A stretch of DNA of 64,000 bases. Source: Planctomycetota bacterium. GTDB lineage: Bacteria > Planctomycetota > B15-G4 > SIAN01. Below, one piece after another: positions 21,781 to 31,900 of this stretch. The stretch spans positions 46,763 to 110,762 of the forward strand of contig JANNXA010000024.1 of assembly GCA_031409275.1 (NCBI GenBank), in the 5' to 3' direction. The number at the start of each line of letters is the position of its first letter. Positions within the stretch are counted from its first letter, which is position 1. Under the pieces are notes generated by a model. The model had not been told where the DNA came from, did not search any database, and saw nothing but the letters and a program-made list of their open reading frames with translations. Position numbers and translations under genes: made by a program.

Positions 21781-22471
21781 TCTGGTCGAGCAGCATCAGC
21801 TTCTGCCAGATCTTGCGTGAGAGGCCGTTGGTGAGGTCCTCGATCTCGTTCACCGCAGCGAGCACGACCTCGTCCTGGAAGCTCGCGACGTCGTAGGCGG
21901 CGATCTTGCCGACCAGCGCCAGCAGGTCGCTGCAGTAGTGGAGGTAGCGGCCGAGCTCGAAGGAGTTGAGCACGGTCTGCGGTGACGATTCGGTCGCGGT
22001 GTAGTCGACCTGCAGCCGCTCCGGGTCCTTCGCCAGCTGGTGCATGTCGATCACGTGCGCCAGCACGCGCAGTTCCTGCAGCGCGTCCAGCACGCCGCGT
22101 CGCTTGCGCCGCGCTTCGAGCGTCATGGCGAACAGCACCGCGACGCCCAGCAGCGCCAGCGCCGAAAGGGTCGATTCGATTCCCTGGACCAGGTCGAGCG
22201 CATCGAGCGTGCCGGGTGGCGGCCGTGCGTGGGTGACCGCGAACCAGAGCAGCCAACCCATCGCCGCCAGCAGCAGCGCGCTGACCAGTCGCAACCGCAG
22301 CCGCGGCTTGCGGATGGTCGCGCCACGCGCCGCGGCCGCCGCGGCGACGTCGGTGAGCTGCCTGGCGACGTGCAGCAGCCCCGAGTCGGGGAAGCGCTCG
22401 CCGATGCGCCGCACCAACGCGCGCAGCGTCTCGACGATCTTCGCGGGATCGAGCACGATCGGATCGGGCAT
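21722..22471 (-). CDS. Conserved hypothetical membrane protein
   Basis: RIGERFPDSGL, two TM helices, AHVIDMHQLAKDP, RYLHYCSDLL, KIWQK; protein-like composition. Confidence 0.7.
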   Translation of the reverse strand: MPDPIVLDPAKIVETLRALVRRIGERFPDSGLLHVARQLTDVAAAAAARGATIRKPRLRLRLVSALLLAAMGWLLWFAVTHARPPPGTLDALDLVQGIESTLSALALLGVAVLFAMTLEARRKRRGVLDALQELRVLAHVIDMHQLAKDPERLQVDYTATESSPQTVLNSFELGRYLHYCSDLLALVGKIAAYDVASFQDEVVLAAVNEIEDLTNGLSRKIWQKLMLLDQISASGAPAVAALRPPPSEK

Positions 22472-22495
22472 GGGCGGGAGATATACCCACGCGCC

Positions 22496-24112
22496 ATGTT
22501 CCGTGTCCTCATCGCCGATCCGATCGAAGCCGAGGGAGTCGCGCTGCTGCAGGCGGCGGGGCTCGAGGTCGTGCAGCGTCGCGGCCTGTCCGAGGCGGAA
22601 CTGCTCCTCGAGCTGCCCGCCTTCGATGCGCTGCTGGTCCGCAGCAAGACCGTGGTGACGGCGCGCGCGCTGGAAGCGACGCGGCGACTTCGGATCGTGA
22701 CGCGAGCCGGGATCGGCGTCGACAACGTCGACCTCGCCGCCGCCTCGCGTCGCGGCGTCATCGTGACCAACGTCCCCGATGCGAGCACCACGACCACCGC
22801 CGAACACGCCATCGCGCTGCTCCTGTCGCTGGCGCGCCGGATCCCCGCCGCCGATCGCCACCTGCGAGCCGGCGGCTTCGAGCGCGCGAAGTTCGTCGGC
22901 AGCGAGATCTGCGGCAAGACGCTCGGCGTGATCGGGCTCGGCCGCATCGGCAAGGTCGTCGCCGACCGCGCGCTCGGGCTGAAGATGCGCGTCGTCGCGC
23001 ACGACCCGTTCCTGCCAGCGGGCGCCGCGGGCATGGCCGGCGTCACCTGCGTGCCGCTGCCGGAGCTGATGGCGCAGGTGCACGCGCTGACGGTCCACGT
23101 GCCGCTCACCGACGCGACCCGCGGAATGATCGGCGCCGCGCAGTTCGCGCAGGCGAAACGGGGTCTCCTGGTCGTGAACGCCGCGCGCGGCGGGATCGTC
23201 GATGAAGCGGCGCTGGTCGCGGCGCTTGAAAGCGGCCAGGTCGCCGGCGCCGCGCTCGACGTCTTCGTCGAGGAGCCGCCGCCGGCCGACTCGCCGCTGC
23301 GCCGTTTCGAGCAGCTGATCCTGACGCCGCACCTCGGCGCCTCGACGGCCGAAGCGCAGCTGCGCGTCGCGCTCGAAGCGGCGGCGCAGATCGTCGACTT
23401 CGCGCGCACCGGCGTCGCCCGCAGCGCCGTCAACTACGCGGCGCTGCCCGAGGATCTGCGCGAGGAGCTCGCGCCGTGCGTCGAGCTCGCGACCCGTCTG
23501 GGCCTGCTGGCGGGCGCGGCGTGCGACGGTCGGATGGCTCGCGTTGCGGTGACCTTCCGCGGCGAGCGTTTCGAGGCGGCAGGCGAGCGCGCCACTGCCC
23601 CGCTGCGCGCCGCGCTGCTGGCCGGCCTGCTGCAACGGACGCTGGGCGAGGGAGTGAGCGCCGTGAACGCCGCGCTCTTCGCCCGCGATCGGCAGATCGA
23701 GATCCTCGAAGCGCGCGCGCCTCGCGATCGCGACTTCGTCCTGCGCATCGTGGTGGAGGTCGAATTCGCGACCCCCGCCGGTCCGCGCACGCTCTGCGTC
23801 GAAGGCACCTGCTTCGGGCGGCGACCGCGGTTGATCGCATTCGACGGCGTACCGCTCGACGCGCCGCTCGAAGGGGTGCTGCTGGTGACGCGCCATCGCG
23901 ACCGACCGGGCCAGGTCGGCCGCATCGGGACGCTGCTCGGACAGCACGGCGTGAACTTGACCAGCGTCGACGTCGGCACGCTCCCAAGCGGTGCGCAGGC
24001 GGTCGGCGTGCTGGGCATCGGCGGCGAGCTGCCGACGGCGGCGCTCTCCGAGCTGGCGCAGGTCGAAGGCATCGAGGAGACCTTCGCCGTGCGACTGCCG
24101 GCCGCGCCATGA
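22496..24112 (+). CDS. serA: D-3-phosphoglycerate dehydrogenase
   Basis: RAGIGVDNVD, GLGRIG, NAARGG, PHLGAST, C-terminal ACT domain (DRPG). Confidence 0.93.
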   Translation: MFRVLIADPIEAEGVALLQAAGLEVVQRRGLSEAELLLELPAFDALLVRSKTVVTARALEATRRLRIVTRAGIGVDNVDLAAASRRGVIVTNVPDASTTTTAEHAIALLLSLARRIPAADRHLRAGGFERAKFVGSEICGKTLGVIGLGRIGKVVADRALGLKMRVVAHDPFLPAGAAGMAGVTCVPLPELMAQVHALTVHVPLTDATRGMIGAAQFAQAKRGLLVVNAARGGIVDEAALVAALESGQVAGAALDVFVEEPPPADSPLRRFEQLILTPHLGASTAEAQLRVALEAAAQIVDFARTGVARSAVNYAALPEDLREELAPCVELATRLGLLAGAACDGRMARVAVTFRGERFEAAGERATAPLRAALLAGLLQRTLGEGVSAVNAALFARDRQIEILEARAPRDRDFVLRIVVEVEFATPAGPRTLCVEGTCFGRRPRLIAFDGVPLDAPLEGVLLVTRHRDRPGQVGRIGTLLGQHGVNLTSVDVGTLPSGAQAVGVLGIGGELPTAALSELAQVEGIEETFAVRLPAAP

Positions 24113-24777
24113 CGCTGGCACGCGTCCGGCCACGCTTCGCACGCGTGATCTTCGATGTCGACTCGACGCTGTGCGCGATCGAAGGGATCGACGAGCTGGC
24201 GCGCTGGCGCGGCATCGACGTCACCGCGCTCACCGAGCGCGCCATGCGCGGCGAGCTCGCGCTCGAGCAGGTCTACGCGAAGCGACTCGCGCTGGCGCGC
24301 CCCGACGCGGCGCTGCTCGCGCGACTCGGCCGCCTCTACGTGCGACGGCTGCTGCCCGGCATGCGCGCGCTGATCGCAGGCCTGCAGCGCGCGCGCATCG
24401 AGGTCGTGCTGATCTCCGGCGGACTGCGACCGGCGCTGCTGCCGCTGCTCGATGTGCTGGAACTTCCTGGATCGCACCTCTTCGCCGTCGACGTGCGGCT
24501 CGACTCGCGCGGCCGCTATGCCGGATTCGACGAGCGCTCGCCGCTGGTGCGCGCCGACGGCAAGCGCGAAGTCGTCGCGCGCCTCGCGCCACCCCGCGGC
24601 GCACGAGTCGGGAAGGTCTTGCTGGTTGGCGACGGATCCACCGACCTCGCCGCGCGCCCGGCCGTCGACGCCTTCTGCGCCTTCACTGGCGTTGCCGTGC
24701 GGCCGAAGGTCGTCGCGAAAGCGGACCATGTCGCACACGACGCCGCGGCCTTGCGTACACTGCTCCGCCTTGCGTGA
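24109..24777 (+). CDS. serB: HAD-IB phosphoserine phosphatase
   Basis: FDVDSTL..IEGIDELA, TERAMRGE, ISGG, GDGSTD; coupled to serA. Confidence 0.88.
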   Translation: MTLARVRPRFARVIFDVDSTLCAIEGIDELARWRGIDVTALTERAMRGELALEQVYAKRLALARPDAALLARLGRLYVRRLLPGMRALIAGLQRARIEVVLISGGLRPALLPLLDVLELPGSHLFAVDVRLDSRGRYAGFDERSPLVRADGKREVVARLAPPRGARVGKVLLVGDGSTDLAARPAVDAFCAFTGVAVRPKVVAKADHVAHDAAALRTLLRLA

Positions 24778-24816
24778 ACGGTCGGTCGGCGAACGGTCCG
24801 AGATTGGATGCGAACG

Positions 24817-25914
24817 ATGAGCTTTCCTGGTGAATTCCCGCCTCGCATGTGGATCCCCGGGCCGACGTACGTGCGGCCCGAGATCCTCGCCGCATGCGCG
24901 CGCCCGACCGTCGGCCATCGCACGTCGATCATGAAGGAGCTCGTCCTCTCGATCGACCCGAAGCTGCGCCGCCTGTTCAACACCAGGCAGCATGCGCTCG
25001 TCATCTCCGCGTCGGGCAGCGCCGCGTGGGAAGGGGCGATCCGCTGCGGTGTCGAGAAGCGCTGGGCCTGCATCACCAACGGCAGCTTCTCCGAAGGTTG
25101 GGCGCGCACCGGCGAGAGCTGCGGGCGCGACACCGTGAAGGTCACGTTCGAGTGGGGCGACGGGCTCGATCCCGATCGCATCCATGACGAGCTCAAGCGA
25201 GCGGGCCCGGTCGAAGCGGTCGGCTTCGTCAGCAATGAGACGTCGACCGGCGCGTTCAGCGACGTGCCGGCCGTCATCGCCGCGATCCGCCGCGCGCAGC
25301 CCGACGCGATGCTCTTCGTCGATGCGGTCAGCACGCTCGGCGGCGCCGCCTTCGAGTTCGACCGCTGGGACGTCGACCTCGCGCTCGCCTCGTCGCAGAA
25401 GTGCCTCGCGCTGCCGCCCGGCATCGCCGTCGTCGCGCTCTCCGACCGCTTCCTCGCCAAGGCGAAGACGGTGAAGGGGCGCGGCTACTACATGGACTTC
25501 GTCCACCTCGCCAGCGACTGGGACATCCACCAGACGCCGGCGACCCCGGCCGTGAACCTCTTCTACGCGCTCGACGATCAGCTCACCGCGATGGAGCGCG
25601 AGACCTACGACGCGCGCTTCGCCCGCCACCGCGCCATGGCCGAACGCGTCCATCGCTGGGCCGATGCCAAGGGTTTCCCGAGCTTCGTCGCCGAGAAGTT
25701 CCGCTCCCCCACCACCGCCAATCGCGCCGTGAACGGCTTCGACGTCGGCACCTTCATCGCGCGCATGATCGCGCGCGGCCACGAGCTCTCGAACGGCTAC
25801 GGCAAGCTGAAGGGCCAGGCCTTCCGCATCGGCCACTTCGGCGACCACAGCATGGTCGAGCTCGACAACATGCTGGCGATCGCCGACGACGTGCTGAAGA
25901 GCATGGGTCGGTAG
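24817..25914 (+). CDS. Class V PLP aminotransferase (alanine-glyoxylate/serine-pyruvate type), probable phosphoserine aminotransferase by context
   Basis: IPGPT, GHR, NETSTG, VDAVS, SSQKCLALPPG, TPATP, FRIGH. Confidence 0.85.
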   Translation: MSFPGEFPPRMWIPGPTYVRPEILAACARPTVGHRTSIMKELVLSIDPKLRRLFNTRQHALVISASGSAAWEGAIRCGVEKRWACITNGSFSEGWARTGESCGRDTVKVTFEWGDGLDPDRIHDELKRAGPVEAVGFVSNETSTGAFSDVPAVIAAIRRAQPDAMLFVDAVSTLGGAAFEFDRWDVDLALASSQKCLALPPGIAVVALSDRFLAKAKTVKGRGYYMDFVHLASDWDIHQTPATPAVNLFYALDDQLTAMERETYDARFARHRAMAERVHRWADAKGFPSFVAEKFRSPTTANRAVNGFDVGTFIARMIARGHELSNGYGKLKGQAFRIGHFGDHSMVELDNMLAIADDVLKSMGR

Positions 25915-25951
25915 CGGAAGGCGGCGGAGTTCGGAGCGCGGCCGTCGCGAG

Positions 25952-25973
25952 GTCGCGGCGAGGTCGCCGCGAC
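25952..25973. terminator. Inverted repeat between convergent genes
   Basis: GTCGCGGCGA-GG-TCGCCGCGAC between the stops at 25914 and 25975; no U-tract. Confidence 0.35.
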
Positions 25974-25974
25974 G

Positions 25975-26895
25975 TCACCCCGCCACCGTCCGCAGCTTCC
26001 TGAAGAGCTCGTCGAGCGCGCGCCGCAGCTCCGCGAACTCGCCGGGGGCGAGGTCGTGCTGATCGCTGCCGCCGCGCCGTGGCTGGCGCACGACGTGCGA
26101 GTCATCACGGTCGATGGACAGCTCGAAGAGCACCTCGCCGTCTCCGCGCGCATCGAAGCCGTGCGCCTCGCAGAGGAACTCGAAGCGGCCGTCCGAGCAG
26201 TTCAGTAGCTGCATCGTGACCACGCCCGCCAGCGGCCCGCCGTTCCAGCCCGGCGCCGAATTCGCGAGCTGCAAGGTGGCGGTCACCTCGATCGACTCGC
26301 ACTCACGCGTCGATTCCGAAGAGCCGCGCACGACCTTGTCGCTCCACGTGGCGCACGCGATCCGCAGCCGGCTCTCCGGTGCGCCGGGCTCCGGGCCGAT
26401 CTGGCGTGCGCCCTCGATCCACGGCGCGTTCGCGAGCCCCGTCGCGTCGATCAGCGCGAGCAGCGGGGCGAAGAGCTGCGTCGGATCCTCGGCCACCTGC
26501 TCGCCGTCGAGCAGGACCTCGGCAAGGTCGCGCCAGAGGATCGCGTGGACGAGTTCGTTGGCCGCGAAGTGGTCGGCGAGCTGGCGCCGCCGCGGATCGC
26601 CCGCGCGCGCCTCATCACGCGCCGCAGCGAGCTCGCCACGCAACCGTTCGATCTCCGTTTGCAGACGGGCGTTCTCCTCCTCGAGCAGCGAGTTCGCGTC
26701 GGCTCGACGCGCCGCGGGCGCCGAACCGGAGCGTTCGGGGCGCTCCGCCGCGACGGCCGCATCCCGCTGACGCTCCGCGCGCCATCTCGCTTCGTGAGCG
26801 GCACGCAGCTCCTGTTGCGATCGGTTCCTCATGGCGAGGCCGACGACGACGAAAAGCACCACGAGGAGTGCTGCTGCTTTGCTCCCGTTGCTCAT
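25975..26895 (-). CDS. Hypothetical membrane-anchored coiled-coil protein
   Basis: N-terminal TM helix, coiled coil LEEENARLQTEIERLRGEL. Confidence 0.6.
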   Translation of the reverse strand: MSNGSKAAALLVVLFVVVGLAMRNRSQQELRAAHEARWRAERQRDAAVAAERPERSGSAPAARRADANSLLEEENARLQTEIERLRGELAAARDEARAGDPRRRQLADHFAANELVHAILWRDLAEVLLDGEQVAEDPTQLFAPLLALIDATGLANAPWIEGARQIGPEPGAPESRLRIACATWSDKVVRGSSESTRECESIEVTATLQLANSAPGWNGGPLAGVVTMQLLNCSDGRFEFLCEAHGFDARGDGEVLFELSIDRDDSHVVRQPRRGGSDQHDLAPGEFAELRRALDELFRKLRTVAG

Positions 26896-26948
26896 TCCAG
26901 GCTCCCCGATCCCGCGGCGGCGTCGCTTCGCCGCTACATTGCCGCGCC

Positions 26949-28049
26949 ATGATCTCGCTGCCCACTCCGCACGGCACGCTCGCGCTGCCCGCTTTCCTGC
27001 CCGATGCGACGCGCGGCGTGGTGCGGACCGTCGATGGCGCCGACCTGCGCGCCGTCGGCATCGAGGCGCTGTGCGTCAACACGTGGCATCTCGCCAAGGA
27101 GCCAGGCCCGCGCGCGATCGAGAAGCTCGGCGGGATCCATCGCTTCATGGGGTTCGACGGGCCGGTCCTCTCCGACTCGGGCGGCTTCCAGGTGTTGTCG
27201 TTGCTGGCGAGCGGCGCGCTCGACGGCTCGGCCAGCAACAAAGGGATTCGCTGGAAGGAGAAGGGCGCCGAGGGGGAGCTGCTCACGCCCGAGAAGTGCA
27301 TCCGCTGGCAGGCGAAGCTCGGCGCCGACCTGCTGGTCTGCCTCGACCACTGCACGCGACCGGAAGAGGCGCCTGAAGCGCAGCGCGCGAGCGTCGACCA
27401 CACGGTGCGCTGGGCGGAGGAGTGCAAGGCGACGCGCGATCGGATCGCGCAGGAGAGCGGCGTGCGCCGGCCGCTGCTGGCCGTGATCCAGGGCGGCGAC
27501 GACGTCGCGCTGCGACGCGAGTGCGCGCAGCGGCTCTTCGAGATGGACTTCGACGGCTACGCGTTCGGCGGCTGGCCGGTGCGCAGCGACGGGACGCTGG
27601 TGGCGAGCGTCGCGCAAGTGGCCGCGATGGCGCCGCACGATCGGCCGCTGTGGGGGCTGGGCATCGGCAAGCCGGAGAACCTCGTCGCCGCGGCGGCGCT
27701 CGGCTACTCGCTCTTCGACTGCGTGCTGCCGACCCGTGACGCGCGCCAAGGCCGGATCTGCATCCGACTCGGCGGGCCGGCGCGCGCCGACAACTCGCCG
27801 CGCTGGTGGGACTACCTCTACCTCGCCGACACCAAGCACGCGGTCGACGATGCGCCGCTCGAAGAGGGTTGTCCGTGCCCGACCTGCGCGCGCTGCTCGC
27901 GCGGCTACCTCCACCACCTCGCGACCGTGAACGAGTCGCTGGTGCTGCGGCTCGCGACGCTGCACAACCTCTCCTTCTACGCACGGCTGATGCGCGAGCT
28001 GCAAGCGGCGCGCGTGGAGCCGACCGCGCGCGAGATCGCGACGCCGTGA
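26949..28049 (+). CDS. tgt: tRNA-guanine transglycosylase family protein (divergent)
   Basis: DSGGFQ, LDHC, IQGG, FDCVLPTR, zinc site CPCPTC..H, HNL. Confidence 0.9.
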   Translation: MISLPTPHGTLALPAFLPDATRGVVRTVDGADLRAVGIEALCVNTWHLAKEPGPRAIEKLGGIHRFMGFDGPVLSDSGGFQVLSLLASGALDGSASNKGIRWKEKGAEGELLTPEKCIRWQAKLGADLLVCLDHCTRPEEAPEAQRASVDHTVRWAEECKATRDRIAQESGVRRPLLAVIQGGDDVALRRECAQRLFEMDFDGYAFGGWPVRSDGTLVASVAQVAAMAPHDRPLWGLGIGKPENLVAAAALGYSLFDCVLPTRDARQGRICIRLGGPARADNSPRWWDYLYLADTKHAVDDAPLEEGCPCPTCARCSRGYLHHLATVNESLVLRLATLHNLSFYARLMRELQAARVEPTAREIATP

Positions 28050-28930
28050 CGTCGATGCCAGCGCCACCGTCGCTGGTCGCGGCGCTGCGCCAGTCGCGCA
28101 AATACAAGGACGTCGCGGAGGCGGTGCTCCAGCGCGTCGCGGCGGAAGCGTGGGCGATCGAGGGGCGCGAGGCGGACGCGGTGAAGCGCGCCAAACGGGC
28201 GCTCCACCAGCTCCACTCCGCGTTCGTGCAGGAGCGCGAACTCGACGACGCCGAGGCCGCCGTCGCGGCGCTCGAACACGAACGCGCAGCGGCGCGCGCC
28301 GCCGGCAGCGACCTCCCTGCGGAGCGACTCGAGGCGACCTGCCGCACGGTGCTGGCCTGCCACGCGTCGACGCGCGAGCGGCTGACGCAGCTCGCCGCGC
28401 TCGGCCGCGAGCTCACGGCACGGATCGGCCCGCCGCAAAGCCTCCTCGATCTCGGCTGCGGTTTGCATCCCTTCGCGCTGCCGTGGATGGCGCTGCCGCG
28501 CGAGATGCCCTACCACGCCCGCGAAGCGGACGCGCGGATGGCAGGACTCGTCGGCCGCTTCTTCGCGAGCGTCGGCCAGGCGGGCAGCGCGGCGCCGCTC
28601 GATGTCGTGGCCGCCGCCGTCGGAGAGAGCGAGCTGCCGCGTGCCGACGTGGCGTGGCTCTTCAAGCTGCTGCCGACGCTCGAACGGCAACGAGCCGGAA
28701 CCTCCGCTCGACTGCTGACGCGGCTCGAACGGCTCGACGTGCGCGCGGTCGTCGTCTCGTTCCCGACGCGATCGCTCGGCGCGCGCGCGAAGGGGATGGA
28801 CGAAGCGTACGGCCGCTTCGCCGACGAACTCTTCGCCGGCACCGCGTGGCGCACGACCCGCTTTGAACTCGGCGACGAGCTCTTCGTCGTCGGCCAACGG
28901 GCGCGCAGCGAAGAGAAGACCGCAGACTGA
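28046..28930 (+). CDS. 16S rRNA (guanine-1405-N7)-methyltransferase family (ArmA/Rmt/FmrO-like)
   Basis: SRKY, KRALHQ..AF, HASTRERL, DLGCGLHP, FKLLPTLE, VVSFPTRSLG...GM...Y; GTGA overlap with tgt. Confidence 0.88.
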   Translation: MTSMPAPPSLVAALRQSRKYKDVAEAVLQRVAAEAWAIEGREADAVKRAKRALHQLHSAFVQERELDDAEAAVAALEHERAAARAAGSDLPAERLEATCRTVLACHASTRERLTQLAALGRELTARIGPPQSLLDLGCGLHPFALPWMALPREMPYHAREADARMAGLVGRFFASVGQAGSAAPLDVVAAAVGESELPRADVAWLFKLLPTLERQRAGTSARLLTRLERLDVRAVVVSFPTRSLGARAKGMDEAYGRFADELFAGTAWRTTRFELGDELFVVGQRARSEEKTAD

Positions 28931-28958
28931 TCCGCCGCGACGCGACGGCGCCTAGCGC

Positions 28959-31900
28959 TCACTCGAAGCGTGCGAGCTCGAGCGTCGTGGTGGCGCCGGC
29001 AGGGAGAGCGAGCTCACCCGTGGCGATGCGCTTCGCAGCGGGAAAGCCGCTCGCCGCGGTCCATGTCGCGCGCCAGCGCAGCCGCCCCGCCGGTCGCGTC
29101 GACTCGGCGACGACGCTGCCCATGCGATCGGTCGCCACCTCCGTCTCGCGCGCGAGCGGTTCGTCGCCGTTCGCCAGTTCGATCAGAAGCCGGCCCGGCG
29201 CGAGCGCCTCGCCGATCCGCCACTCGATCCGCGCCGACGGCTGCAGTTCGAGCGGCAGTTCGCGCCGCTCGCCCGATTGCAGGACCACCGTCGCCGAAGC
29301 GTGCTCGCCGTCCCCTTCGACGTAGAGGCAGATCGGCAAGCCGACCGGCAATCGCCCCAACAGGAACCGTCCCTCGTCATCGATGTGCGCGCAACCGTCG
29401 GTGACGTCGCTCTGCGGACGTCCGCTCGCATCGATCTGGTGACCACCGTCCTGGGGGTTGTTCGTGTCGGGCCGGACCCACAGGAACCAATGCACCTCGC
29501 CACGGACCGGCTGCCCGCCGCGCATCAGCTGGCCGGCGATCTGCGCCGGCTCCCCCACCGTCCAGTCGAGCGCCAGCTGCTGATCGGGCTGCTCGATTCG
29601 GAAGCGCAGGACCGCGCGTCGGCCGTCGCTGAAGTCGCCGCGCAGCTCCCAATCGCCAGGAAAGAGCGCGTCAACGACGATCTTCCCGCTCGAGAGCTGC
29701 GCACCCGGCCGCGAGTGGACGTAGTTGGAGCGCGGCCAGGCGAACGCGCGCACCGGCGTCAGCGCCGCGCCGCTCGCGCCGTCACGCACCGTGATGACGG
29801 CGCGCGCCGTGGTCGCCGGAAGGCGCTGCAGCACCACCACGACGTCGTCGCCGGCGCGCACTCGCTGCGGGAAGGGGGCGATGCAGCCGTCGACCGGTTC
29901 TGCGAAGAGCGTGAAGCGCAGGTCGCTCACCCCTTCGACGACGAAGCGCCCCTGCGCGTCGGTCGGCTGCGTCGCGCGCAGCTGGACGTAGTTCTGTTGC
30001 TGCGGATCGAGCGCCTCGACGTGGACGACCACCCCCGCCTGCGGCGCCCCGCCGTCGTCGATGACTCGCCCGCGCACCTGCCCCGCGCGCATCAACGTGA
30101 AGTCGAGCGGCAGCTCCTCGCGCACGCGCGCCACACCATCGGCGCCGACGACTCCCGATGAGTCCGCGTCGATCGTCGTGATCCGCCCGCGCACCCAGTC
30201 GCCGGTCGCACCGAAGTCGCCGGGCGCGAAACCGTCGGCCGTCGCCTTGCCGTCGAGGTCGCCGATCGGCCCCTCGCGATCGCTCGTCGCATAGTGCCCT
30301 TCGGCGTCGCTGGTCGTCGGCTCGAATCCCGCGATCGCCACCGTCGCGCCGGCGATCCCGCCGCCGCGCTCGTCGACCACGCGCCCGACCACGCGATGGA
30401 CGGTCGGCGGCCGCAGCTCGACGATCACCTCGTCCTCGCGGCCGCGTGCGACGCCAAGCGACCGCACGACCGGCCGCCACCCCTCCGCCATGACGTACAG
30501 CCGATAGCCTCTCGAACTGCTGGAGAGGTTCTCGAGCAGCGGCTCGTCGCGCCCTTCGATCAGCGAGTCGAAGACGACCGAGCCCGCCTCGTCGGTCACG
30601 CCGCGGAAGAGCGCCTTCCACGGCTCGCGCGCGATGGAGGGGAGTGGCGGCTCGTCGTTCCCGAAGTGGCGCTGCCCGAAGGGCGGGAAGGTCGGGTAGG
30701 CAACCACTTCGGCGTCGGAAACCGGTTCGCCAGCAGGCGTCACGACGCGCACACGCAACCGCGCCGGCGGCTCGAGCGCGACCTCGACGTCGACCTGCTC
30801 TGCCTCGCCGGCAACCCGGAAGAGGGCGTAACCGATGCGACCGGCGCCCAGCGCGAAGAGCACGGCGGCCGAGTGTTCCGTCGTCACCGGTTCGCTCAGC
30901 TCGAACCGGCCATCGCCATCGCTGGTGGCGACCGGGCGAGCGCTGTCGGGACCGAAACGATCCGAGCCGACGTAGCTGTTCGCGCGCAGATGGAGCGTCG
31001 CTCCCGCCACCGGCGTGCGCTCCGGCAACTGCACGACGCGACCCACGACACGCGCCCCGACCGACAGCTCGATGCGGCCGAGATCGACGATCGGCACGTT
31101 GTCACGCTGCGTGGAACGGCGTCCGTCGAGTTCCAGGTGGACCCGCTGCGGCGCATCGACCGAGCCGTCGAACCAGTCGCGCGCCACGCGTTCGAGCGTC
31201 GCCGCAACGCGGCCATCCGCTCCGCTCACGAGCTCCGTCACGCGCTGCTCGAGCGTCGCGCCCTCCGCCGCGGAACCGGCGAACCACCGGAGCTCCACCG
31301 TCGCATCGCGAAGCGGCGCCCCGCCGCGTGCATCGACCACGACCCCGACCACGGCGATCCGCTCGAAGAGCGCAGCCGCGCCGCGACCCTCCGCACTCGC
31401 TTCGCGCCGCTGCGCCTGCGGGGCATCGGCCGGCGCCGGCACCGGTGATGCCGGCATGCCATCGCTAGCGCCGCTCGAAGAGGCGTCGGCTGGGAGCGCG
31501 GCGTTCGCCACCGAATCGGCGTTCGGCGACGGCGCCCGCCGCGGCTCGACGACGAAGTGCCAGGTCGCGAGCACTGCGACCAGCACTCCCGCCGCCACTG
31601 CGCTCTTGGTTGCCGTCCCCATCGCCGTCGCTCCCATCGCCAACGCAAGCCCGCCCCATTGGTCGCGCGTGCCGTAGCGTGAATCGAGGTCGCCGCGCAA
31701 CCGCGCGAGCCCGCGCTTCAGCCGCGTGCGCACCGTCTCGACCGGGAGCCCGAGCTGCACCGCGATGGTCCGCGGCGGCTGCCCGTCGAAGTAACGCAGG
31801 AGCACGACGCGGCGGTGCGGCTCATCGAGCCGGAGCAGCGCCTCGGCCAGCGCACGCTGCAGCTCGACCTGTGCCACCAGGTGGTCGGCGGCCGGCTGCG

